Shown in pieces: positions 1 through 8,105 of a DNA stretch of 64,000 bases; position 1 is the first letter of the stretch; each line of letters opens with the position of its first letter. Origin of the DNA: Verrucomicrobiota bacterium (lineage in GTDB: Bacteria; Verrucomicrobiota; Verrucomicrobiia; Opitutales; Cerasicoccaceae); assembly GCA_039818205.1 (NCBI GenBank), contig JBCBUK010000008.1, positions 32,001-96,000 on the forward strand, given 5' to 3'. A program made the position numbers and the translations under genes. The notes beneath the pieces are model-generated. The model ran no database searches and was not told where the DNA came from. It saw only the letters and a program-made list of their open reading frames with translations.

Positions 1-276
1 GTGTTTGAGGAGGCCAAATTCGACCAAAGAATTAAGATCAATGAGGTAGGGGTTGCCGGCAAAGGCTGAGAAACACTGATAGGGAGAATCTCCAAATCCA
101 GTGGGTCCTAGTGGGCAAATTTGCCAATACTTGAAACCGGCACCACTGAGAAAATCGATGAATTTTTTGGCTTCAGGGCCGAAATTGCCGATTCCCAGAT
201 CGGAGGGGAAGGAGGTAGGGTGGAGTAATACTCCAGCCGCGCGCTGGTCTAGCCAGTTAAAAAGAGGAAGTGTCAT
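1..276 (-). CDS. malQ: 4-alpha-glucanotransferase (amylomaltase), N-terminal part; runs off window
   Basis: Reverse strand from ATG at 276 reads MTLPLFNWLDQRAAGVLLHPTSFPSDLGIGNFG...KYWQICPLGPTGFGDSPYQCFSAFAGNPYLID, the GH77 N-terminal signature. Not in the ORF track because it is truncated. Confidence 0.93.
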   Translation of the reverse strand, partial: MTLPLFNWLDQRAAGVLLHPTSFPSDLGIGNFGPEAKKFIDFLSGAGFKYWQICPLGPTGFGDSPYQCFSAFAGNPYLIDLNSLVEFGLLKH

Positions 277-440
277 TTATATGAATAACGGGGATGCCAC
301 GGTTTCCAGTTAAAAATCCAAACTGAAAGAGCATAATCCTCCTCTCGAAAAGGCGAGGCAAAAGATGAAAAACGCGCCATGTGACCTGCGCCAGCGTTTC
401 ATCGCGTTAAACCGTCGGTTTTTCAGCCGAGTGTCGAATA

Positions 441-1064
441 TCAGCTCGGGGATAGTTGTTCGTCATTGAGAAGGATGAAATCGCAGCGTTCTCGAGGGTT
501 GTCGCGTTCGAGATGGATCCGCTGGGCAGGAAAATATATCGTTTCGTAGTCGCGGCGAATGTCGTCCTCGGGCAATCCTTCCTGGTTGCGGGCAAGTGCT
601 CGATCCATCGCGGTTTCGAAACTGCAATCGATCCAGATGGAATAATCGAACCGAAAGCGATCCTGCAGGAGGAATATTCCTTCAAAGAGGATGATGTCCG
701 GCCGGTCAATTTGGTAGCGAAATTCGACCATTGGCTCCGCGTTAGTGGGGTCAGCATGTTGAGCGACCAAGTCGACCCGGCCCACCGTCCTCAAGGGGGC
801 AAGTAGCTGCGATTGCATTTCTTCGAAACGAAAGCCGTTTTCGTAGAAGTGCCGGGCGGGATCTTCCGTGGAAAAGCGTTTACTTGGTGGCTGTAGCCAA
901 CCATCAATTCCAATCAGTTCACAGCTAAGACCTGCGCTTCGAATGTGATCCGTTAGTTGCTGCCCGACATAGCCTTTACCGGAACCGTCGATACCGGATA
1001 GGGCTACGATGAAGGGAGCGTTTTTTTTGGACTTTTCGATCAGCGTGTGTGCGAGGCTTCTCAT
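441..1064 (-). CDS. uridine kinase-like P-loop kinase
   Basis: Walker A SGIDGSGKG, IDGWLQP and ILFEGIFL motifs, and a YFPAQRIH tail typical of Udk-like proteins. ATG at 1064 chosen; ORF track extends to 1079. Confidence 0.7.
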   Translation of the reverse strand: MRSLAHTLIEKSKKNAPFIVALSGIDGSGKGYVGQQLTDHIRSAGLSCELIGIDGWLQPPSKRFSTEDPARHFYENGFRFEEMQSQLLAPLRTVGRVDLVAQHADPTNAEPMVEFRYQIDRPDIILFEGIFLLQDRFRFDYSIWIDCSFETAMDRALARNQEGLPEDDIRRDYETIYFPAQRIHLERDNPRERCDFILLNDEQLSPS

Positions 1065-1111
1065 GGCGGTTGTAAGCAAGATTTAGCTGAGTAACGCCGA
1101 CACGCAAAATG

Positions 1112-1144
1112 AAAAAAGCGGCCCGCACCAACGCGAGCCACTTT
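1112..1144 (-). terminator. rho-independent terminator of the beta-helix gene
   Basis: Minus strand AAAGTGGCTCGC-GTTGGT-GCGGGCCGCTTT followed by a T run. Confidence 0.65.
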
Positions 1145-1200
1145 CGTGAGTAAAGTTTGGAATATCTTTGCTGAATTTGAACTTCCGAAAACCGGTCTTC

Positions 1201-2526
1201 CTAAGGTTGGGAAACAACGACCTGGGTCGTTTTATTTAGGGCAACGCCAAAGACCGTATTGCCGGTCATGTTGCTTTTTGTGTTTGCGGTCGCGTAGGAG
1301 GTCGGCGTGGTGCTTGTATCACCCCAGAACGCCACGATTTTACCGTTAGGATGGGTGTTGTTGTGGTTGAAGCGGTTGTCTTTCACATGCGCATTTTCTG
1401 CAGCCCCTCCGGAGATCGCTACAACCATGTTGTCGTTTACGCCCAACGCATCACCGTCGAAGAGGTTGTCGGTGATGTAGATCCATTTGCAGTCATCGTT
1501 GCCATCATTGGCAAAGAATCCGGCAAGGAGAATGCCCATGTAGCCACCCATCTCCGCAATCGTGTTTTGGTTGACGACCATCGAGACACAGCGATTTTCA
1601 AGATGGACCGCCGCCGGAAAGCGTGAATCATCGGCTTGAGCTTGTGCCCAATGTCCGCCACGTAGGTCATTGTTTTCGATCAAGATTTTCTTAGTCCGCG
1701 AAAAGTCGAAGCTATAAAAAACCATTTGATCAAAAGTGCTATTCCCTAACCATCCGTAGTTTTTCCAGTCATTCACTGGACGGCTATTGGTGATTGGGTT
1801 TGTGCCGGTGCCAAAATCTATTGAATAGTTCAAGCCGTCTTCACCGTAGTCGACTGCGATGCCTTTGCGCATGTAAGACTCCGAGGTCCTTTTGAAGCGG
1901 CAGTTGTTGATCACGAAATATCCACCGTATGATGAGCTAGTATAAAGGGGTGCAGAACCATGACCAGATCCCATATACAAACCGGCCCAGCCCATGTTCT
2001 TAAACGTGCAACCATCAACGTACAGGTTCGGGAGAGACTTGCCTTCGGTGCAGTAGATGGCGCTTAAGCTTCCGTCACGTCCAGGTAGCCCAGTGCTCGG
2101 GACGATCGGCCGTTCATAGCCTTTGTCGATCGCAACATTAACGAGAGCGAGCCCCGACACGCCATCAGCGTGCACACCTTGCTTCGCCAGCTTGTTGCAA
2201 ATCATGGTTAGACCTTCAAAACGAACACCGTTCGCGGTGACGAAAAACATGGACGCAGTCGATGAACCAGTGCGGCGAATTCGAGTAACGCCCAGGCCAT
2301 CACCAATAATTTCGACGTCTTTGTTGATGACGAAACGACCATTATCGGTGTCGTAGGTGTGGTTGCCGTGGATACGGATAGTATCGAAGTTATTCAACAC
2401 TGAGAGGATGTTGTTCATCCGGGTGTCGAAGTCGTGGCCGGGCCATATGTCGTGGGTTGCGGCTCGCATGGGAAGGGCCAGTAGGCACGCGATTAGGGTA
2501 AGGGGTAGTGCACGAGTAATCTTCAT
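1201..2526 (-). CDS. secreted right-handed parallel beta-helix (pectin lyase-like) protein
   Basis: Signal peptide MKITRALPLTLIACLLALPMRA, and Asn/Gly-rich beta-helix repeats (INKDVEIIGDG, GVRFEGLTM, INNCRF, IENNDL, ITDNLF, VKDNRF). Confidence 0.75.
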   Translation of the reverse strand: MKITRALPLTLIACLLALPMRAATHDIWPGHDFDTRMNNILSVLNNFDTIRIHGNHTYDTDNGRFVINKDVEIIGDGLGVTRIRRTGSSTASMFFVTANGVRFEGLTMICNKLAKQGVHADGVSGLALVNVAIDKGYERPIVPSTGLPGRDGSLSAIYCTEGKSLPNLYVDGCTFKNMGWAGLYMGSGHGSAPLYTSSSYGGYFVINNCRFKRTSESYMRKGIAVDYGEDGLNYSIDFGTGTNPITNSRPVNDWKNYGWLGNSTFDQMVFYSFDFSRTKKILIENNDLRGGHWAQAQADDSRFPAAVHLENRCVSMVVNQNTIAEMGGYMGILLAGFFANDGNDDCKWIYITDNLFDGDALGVNDNMVVAISGGAAENAHVKDNRFNHNNTHPNGKIVAFWGDTSTTPTSYATANTKSNMTGNTVFGVALNKTTQVVVSQP

Positions 2527-2741
2527 GGATATACAAGAAGTAAGGGTATTGGGGATTGTCTGCAGCCGGAGGCAACAGGGTTTAGGGAACTATACAGAGA
2601 AATGACACCTGAGATAGCTTAGGCGCCAGGCATCATCTATTGCGGGTGTTTCGCAAGGGGTTGGGTTCTTAGAGGCAATGGCATTCAACCTAAAGGGATG
2701 AGTCGAATCCATTACTTCCTAGTTTGCCGAGTTCCTGGCCG

Positions 2742-2805
2742 TTTTGTACACTTGGCGTACAAAAAACACTCGATGCTCCAAAACCCCTGACGAACGATTG
2801 TACAC
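2742..2805. promoter_or_regulatory. candidate transcription-factor operator(s)
   Basis: Inverted repeat TTTTGTAC-N7-GTACAAAA (2742-2764) and a second TTGTACAC (2798-2805) upstream of the beta-helix gene. Confidence 0.35.
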
Positions 2806-2844
2806 CGTCGGCCTAAGCCAAATATTATGGCATAACCTTTCTAA

Positions 2845-4203
2845 CTAGACCCTGATATCCAAGTTGTACGGTGCACGCATTGGGCGTTTCATCATGCCCT
2901 TGGCTTTTTCGCTGCCGATGATAGTTTCTTTGGCGGCATCCCACTTTAAACTTTCTCCGGTGCGAATGCTGATATCGGTCAGGTGGCAAATGATGTCTGA
3001 ACGAACAGCGGATTCGAGTGTGGAAACCGGCTGTTTGCGTTCTTTGATGCACTTTACGAAATCGACTGGATGCCACTTACTTTCGACGAGGCGGTGATCC
3101 CCTGGATCTTTGGCTTTGCGACGGAGCTCAGGAGTCGAAGTCACCAGACCAGCACGCGAAACTGCAACCCAGCCTTCATCGCCCATGAACAAGGTGCAAT
3201 TCTTGAACTTTTCTAAGCGTTTCCGATCGGCTGCCGGCAGTGGAATTTTGCCTGGCTTGTCGGCGGTTATTGAGTCGAGGAAATGCATCTTCAAGCCATT
3301 GGCATACTTTGCTTGCATTTCCCAATTGGCGACGGTGTTAAAAAGTCCAGTTGAGGGCAGGGTGCCCGTTGCGGAATATTCCTCGGGGATGCCCAGATCT
3401 TCATAGTCTGCCCACCATTGGAGCTGATCCATCGGATGTGATCCCCAGCCGCCAATCATACCAATTGTATAATCATAGACAAAGTAGGTTCCCTTGGGTG
3501 GGCCATGCGGGCTGCAGCGATCTTCACTGAACGGCGCCTCAGGAGCCGGCCCGAGCCATAAGTCATAATCGAAGCCTTCGGGCACTGGCAAAACGGGTGT
3601 CGCAGAACCGCCTTTCGCGCCACTAGGAGCCCAAACATAAACGTCTTTGACTTCGCCAATGTGGCCGTTGAGCACGAGCTCGATGCCCATGCGCAAATGC
3701 TGCATGGAACGCTGCTGCGTGCCGTATTGGAATATGCGGTCGTATTTTTCGACAATCGCACGGGCCGCAAAGTCTTGCTCGATGCTGATGGCCAACGGCT
3801 TTTCGCAGTAAATGTCCTTACCAGCGCGGGCCGCCGCCAATGCAATGGGAACATGCCAATGGTCAGGGGTCACAATATGGACGGCGTCGATATCGTCGCG
3901 GGCAATCAAGTCACGGAAATCGTTATATATGTGCTCGGCATTCCATTCCTTGGCTTTTTCTTCCCGGCGCCATTTTACGGGGTCGCAGACTGCGATCAGT
4001 TGCGACTCTTTGACCATGTTATATTCATTAGCGACTCCCGAACGTCGACCACAACCAATGGCGCCAACGTAAATACGGTTACTCGGGGCAACGGCGCCAT
4101 CTTTGCCCAGGGCGCTCGCTGGAATCACCGTAGGGAATCCGATGAGCGCGGAAGCACCAAGGCTTGTTTTCAGGAACTGGCGACGAGACTGCTTATTCTT
4201 CAT
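2845..4203 (-). CDS. Tat-exported Gfo/Idh/MocA family oxidoreductase
   Basis: Tat motif SRRQFLK, Rossmann [34 protein letters not shown]. Confidence 0.92.
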   Translation of the reverse strand: MKNKQSRRQFLKTSLGASALIGFPTVIPASALGKDGAVAPSNRIYVGAIGCGRRSGVANEYNMVKESQLIAVCDPVKWRREEKAKEWNAEHIYNDFRDLIARDDIDAVHIVTPDHWHVPIALAAARAGKDIYCEKPLAISIEQDFAARAIVEKYDRIFQYGTQQRSMQHLRMGIELVLNGHIGEVKDVYVWAPSGAKGGSATPVLPVPEGFDYDLWLGPAPEAPFSEDRCSPHGPPKGTYFVYDYTIGMIGGWGSHPMDQLQWWADYEDLGIPEEYSATGTLPSTGLFNTVANWEMQAKYANGLKMHFLDSITADKPGKIPLPAADRKRLEKFKNCTLFMGDEGWVAVSRAGLVTSTPELRRKAKDPGDHRLVESKWHPVDFVKCIKERKQPVSTLESAVRSDIICHLTDISIRTGESLKWDAAKETIIGSEKAKGMMKRPMRAPYNLDIRV

Positions 4204-4455
4204 TGGTAGTTTTCTATCAAATTTATCCCGGGAAAAAACCTATCCCTTAGGATAGTCGTTTCGCACCGAGGTTCTCGCTCGAAGGCTTGAGGCCCGATCA
4301 TTGTAGCTCAAAACCTAGAAAACGGCGTTCAATATTCGCCACGGAGGATTGTGCACACCATGGGCAATTTCTAAGACGTTTGGCTTAGAATTGAATTCTG
4401 AACATCAGATAGCTGAAATGCTCATTTTGGCGCTATTAATCTAAAACCCATCCCT

Positions 4456-4483
4456 AAAGCGCACAATATACATTATGTCTAAT
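4456..4483. other. dif: dif-like XerC/XerD chromosome dimer resolution site
   Basis: AAAGCGCACAA-TATACA-TTATGTCTAAT versus E. coli GGTGCGCATAA-TGTATA-TTATGTTAAAT. Intergenic, and GGGNAGGG octamers change orientation across it. Confidence 0.8.
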
Positions 4484-4587
4484 TTAGAGCTGGGCGGAAA
4501 TATGGCGTAAATACGGGCTTTCAGGATGCTTGGCCTGATGATTCTGCGATTTGCCACCCCGCTCGCAGATTTCTCTTTGCACGTTCG

Positions 4588-5910
4588 TTGGTTGGTGAGC
4601 AAATTGCTCTTATGGCTGCTATGGGGAGATTTTCCATGTTATTGGGTGTGGTCGTGTCATTTGCGCTAGTTTGTCTTACCGGATGTTCTTCCGGCAAATT
4701 TCAGCAAAGTATGATGCGCGCTCCATTGGTATATCAGGATGGCGAATTGAGCGGATTGAGTAAGGTCGCTCCCGCGGAGTCGTTGCCCTATTCTGGGTTG
4801 CTCTATGCGACGAACCGAAATCCGGGACCAGCCATCGAAGATCCAGAGAACGAGACGCTCTTTTACGACAGTAACAGCGATGGTGTCGTTCGAGTCGGGA
4901 TTGCGGATATCGAACTTGTTGATTCTGATCTCGATTGGTTGGAGGTCCGGGAAACTAGCCTATCGGATGAGCGCGAAGACGACCTGGTGATTGAGGTCGC
5001 ATCCGTGGAGGAACTCGGTGTCCTGACGAATACCTTTCATCCGTTTATGTCTCAGACGGATAAGGACCAGCCGGTTGCGGATTCCGCCTTTGCAGAATTG
5101 ATCAATGCTCAGCTATCCGTTTCGGGTCAGCAGGAAATTCTCGTCTATATAGGTGGTTATCGGGCTCCGTTTGACTCGCCGGTGCTGGTTTGCACCGAAT
5201 TTTGGCACTTTCTCGGTTACGACGGTGTTGCTATTGCCTTCGCTTGGCCGTCTACACCCAGTCTCTGGGCGTATTTGCGCGATATTGAGGCCGCAGACAA
5301 TGCCTCTCGGGAGTTTCGTTTGTTTCTCGAATACCTGTCGGACCACACCGATGCTGAGCGGATCAATATTCTCTCCTACAGTGCCGGTACTCGGATGGTG
5401 GTTGAGAGCCTACAGGAGATCTCACTGAAGCCCGCCGATGCCGATTTGCGCATTGGCCGGGTGATCCTTGTTGGCAGCGATGTCAGCCGTGCCAAAATCG
5501 GAGCCCTCCTTGCCGACGGAGTTCTTGAGCACATCGATACGCTTGCGGTTTACCTTTCCGGGCGTGATCAGGCGCTTCAATTTACGGATTGGCTCTTTGA
5601 TCGGGATCGCATCGGTTCAATTCGAGAAGATGAAACGCCGCGACCACAATCTTTGGCGTTCCTAAAGGCACATCCTAATGTGGAGCTGATCGATGTTAGT
5701 GACGCCGAGTACGCATCTCTTGGTAGTGGGCACCACTACTTTCGCGACAGCCCGTGGACCAGCAGCGACATTTTTGCGAGTTTGGAGTTTGATCTGGCAC
5801 CACGCGACCGCGGCTTGCGATTGAATCCGAACAATGGGCGCTGGGAGTTTCCGGTCGATTACCCTGCCCGGCTTTTGTCGTTGTTAAAAATTCGCACCGA
5901 TTCCAATTGA
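4588..5910 (+). CDS. alpha/beta hydrolase (DUF900-like), probable lipoprotein
   Basis: Lipobox-like LTGC, YATNR, VYIGGY, FAWPS, nucleophile elbow LSYSAG, late GHHYF. True start may be downstream (4612/4621/4636). Confidence 0.8.
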   Translation: MVGEQIALMAAMGRFSMLLGVVVSFALVCLTGCSSGKFQQSMMRAPLVYQDGELSGLSKVAPAESLPYSGLLYATNRNPGPAIEDPENETLFYDSNSDGVVRVGIADIELVDSDLDWLEVRETSLSDEREDDLVIEVASVEELGVLTNTFHPFMSQTDKDQPVADSAFAELINAQLSVSGQQEILVYIGGYRAPFDSPVLVCTEFWHFLGYDGVAIAFAWPSTPSLWAYLRDIEAADNASREFRLFLEYLSDHTDAERINILSYSAGTRMVVESLQEISLKPADADLRIGRVILVGSDVSRAKIGALLADGVLEHIDTLAVYLSGRDQALQFTDWLFDRDRIGSIREDETPRPQSLAFLKAHPNVELIDVSDAEYASLGSGHHYFRDSPWTSSDIFASLEFDLAPRDRGLRLNPNNGRWEFPVDYPARLLSLLKIRTDSN

Positions 5911-6025
5911 ACCAGCAACGCCCGCTGTGAGCATTGGCTTGGTAGTCACATGATTGCTCCAAAAATACCTTAGTTCTCGCTGGTTATTGTGAGTATTTTG
6001 GTTATGTTTAATTCAATCTGATATT

Positions 6026-6041
6026 TGTTCGCTCGCGAACA
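6026..6041. promoter_or_regulatory. perfect palindrome, candidate operator
   Basis: TGTTCGC-TC-GCGAACA ending 8 nt before the ATG at 6050. Confidence 0.3.
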
Positions 6042-6049
6042 GAACGCTG

Positions 6050-7519
6050 ATGCTACTACGATCCACCAGTCTTTTATGGACCCTGCTCTTAAGTATTGTG
6101 TGCGCTGATGCAGCTCCGTTTTCGGTAAAAAGCACCGCGGAGATCCGGGCCGACGCCATGGCAGATTGGGCCGATATCTCGGTATTGCATAACGATCCCG
6201 TCAACTCGGGCACGACGGTCGCAACGGGCACGGATTTCCCATCCGTTCAAGTGACTGGCTTAAACCCAGGTTCGCTCAGTATTTCCAATGATGGTAGTCT
6301 AGCGATTCCGGGCCCACTGCTTGCAGCGGCGTCTGGAAGCTTTCTGCAACTGGATCTCCTTTCGGTGCCTGCGCAAGGATTGGCGACCACGGCAGTTGCT
6401 TTCGATTTCCCGGCGAGCTTCGTTTTCCGTTTTGAACTCGCTTCCGGGGCATTTATTGAACGCACGATTTCGGCCGAAACAGAAGTCGCTGTTTTTTGCG
6501 GTCTGATTGCGCCGGCTGACGGCGTTGTTGGGGTAAACATCAATTGCCAGGATGGCTCGGGTGACCCCTTGGGCTTCGCAATCGACAACCTGCTCCTACA
6601 GATGGAGCTGATCGATCCGCTGGTTCCCGATAGCGTCGCCCTCGTGGAGATTGCACCAGTCGATACCTATTTGCACCGCGGGTTGGATATACGGAGTCGG
6701 ACTCCCGGCACGGAAACCGCAGTTGAGGATCACGACAACGCTTACGATTTGCTGGAGCTTTTTCCCACGCTGAAGGCCGGTGACATCCTCATGATGGAGC
6801 GGCAAGGTGTCTCGCTGATTAATGGCCGGGTCAACCAATTGCTCGGGGTCATGATGGAAACCGAGGTGCTGCTCGGTAGTGAGGAGTTTCAACGCCTGCC
6901 AGGCGCCCTGCCCGCTGGAACGGGTTTTTACTCCTCGAGTGTCGAAAACCAGTCGTTGGGATTCGCGACTCCCACCAACATTCGGCAGGACTTTCTGATC
7001 ACCAGCCAATCGTCGCTTCTAGTGCCGGTTGGTGCCCGTTACGTTTTCTTTTCCAAAGCGACTCCTGATCCGGGTGGCGCGCCATTGTCGGTTCGGATCA
7101 GCCATATCCCCTTTGATTCGTTACAGGCCTGGCTGGACCAGTTTGGCCTTGTTGGTGCAAATGCGGAACTTGATAGCGATCTGGATGGCGATGGCCTTCG
7201 GTTACTGGAGGAATTTGCCTTCAACCACGATCCGACGCAGGCAGATCGCGCCGCGAAGAGTTTTGCATTTGCTCCAAATGGATTCTTGAGCGGCGACCGG
7301 CTACGCCTTGCTTTCGGAGCGCGTACCGATGTTCCGCTACGCTTCTTTGCCGAGTTTTCTGACGATTTGCAGGACTGGGACCGAGGCGCAGAGATCAATG
7401 TCCTCCTATTAGACGATTCCGGGTTGGGGCGAGCCGTATTTGCCGTCGATGACCCCAATCCTGGCCCTTCCCGCTTCGGTCGTATCATCGTTGAAGACGC
7501 TTCCAGTGAAAGCCTTTAA
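6050..7519 (+). CDS. secreted multidomain protein with a Verrucomicrobia-type C-terminal domain
   Basis: Signal peptide, two beta-rich domains, and a C-terminus DSDLDGDGLRLLEEFAFNHDP...AEFSDDLQDW...RFGRIIVE. Confidence 0.65.
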   Translation: MLLRSTSLLWTLLLSIVCADAAPFSVKSTAEIRADAMADWADISVLHNDPVNSGTTVATGTDFPSVQVTGLNPGSLSISNDGSLAIPGPLLAAASGSFLQLDLLSVPAQGLATTAVAFDFPASFVFRFELASGAFIERTISAETEVAVFCGLIAPADGVVGVNINCQDGSGDPLGFAIDNLLLQMELIDPLVPDSVALVEIAPVDTYLHRGLDIRSRTPGTETAVEDHDNAYDLLELFPTLKAGDILMMERQGVSLINGRVNQLLGVMMETEVLLGSEEFQRLPGALPAGTGFYSSSVENQSLGFATPTNIRQDFLITSQSSLLVPVGARYVFFSKATPDPGGAPLSVRISHIPFDSLQAWLDQFGLVGANAELDSDLDGDGLRLLEEFAFNHDPTQADRAAKSFAFAPNGFLSGDRLRLAFGARTDVPLRFFAEFSDDLQDWDRGAEINVLLLDDSGLGRAVFAVDDPNPGPSRFGRIIVEDASSESL

Positions 7520-7534
7520 AATCTACCAAACATC

Positions 7535-8101
7535 ATGAAACTAATCCAACGCTTCACGCTTTTCATCGCCCTGCTCTTGCCGCTGGCGGGCTACACACAA
7601 ACCCAATATTTTCTTTTTTCTAGCCAGACGGATCTTCTTAGCGGAGAGTCCACTTTTGCGCCGCTAGCTGGTGAAAAGCCCGTTGATGTTTTGTCGTTCT
7701 CCTTCGGTGGGTTTAATGCTGTTAGCGTAAATTCTTTCGGTATCGACGTTGACGGTCCACAGTTTCAACCGCTCGAATTTCTAATAGAGACGGATAGCAA
7801 AACCCTTCCCCAGGCATTAAGACTTTTGGCCGACAATACCGTGTTGAACAAAGTAACCCTTGAGGGCTACACGGAGAGTCTTGATGGTTTCGCCCCAATC
7901 CTGAGAATCGAACTGGAGAATGTGGTCGTTGCTTCATTAACCCTTGAGGGTACCGATGGCGACCGAGGTGTATTTACACTGAGCCTAGAATGGGGACAGA
8001 TAACCATGACTACTTGGTCAATTGACTCAACCACGGGCGATTTTACAGCGAATCCGTCGGTTACCTTCGATCGGGTCAAAGGCATTCTAGTAGAAGATTA
8101 G
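7535..8101 (+). CDS. Hcp1-like (T6SS tube/phage tail-tube fold) protein with N-terminal signal peptide
   Basis: Hcp motif order: LSGES, VDVLSFSFG, FQPLEFLIETDSKTLPQAL, LNKVTL, LRIELENVVVASL, LSLEWGQITM, TFD; preceded by MKLIQRFTLFIALLLPLAGYT. Confidence 0.72.
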   Translation: MKLIQRFTLFIALLLPLAGYTQTQYFLFSSQTDLLSGESTFAPLAGEKPVDVLSFSFGGFNAVSVNSFGIDVDGPQFQPLEFLIETDSKTLPQALRLLADNTVLNKVTLEGYTESLDGFAPILRIELENVVVASLTLEGTDGDRGVFTLSLEWGQITMTTWSIDSTTGDFTANPSVTFDRVKGILVED

Positions 8102-8105
8102 TGAG

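Noticed and set aside
6026..6041. LexA box or parS site
   Set aside because: The spacer is N6 rather than N4 for LexA, and the centre does not match the parS CACGTG core.
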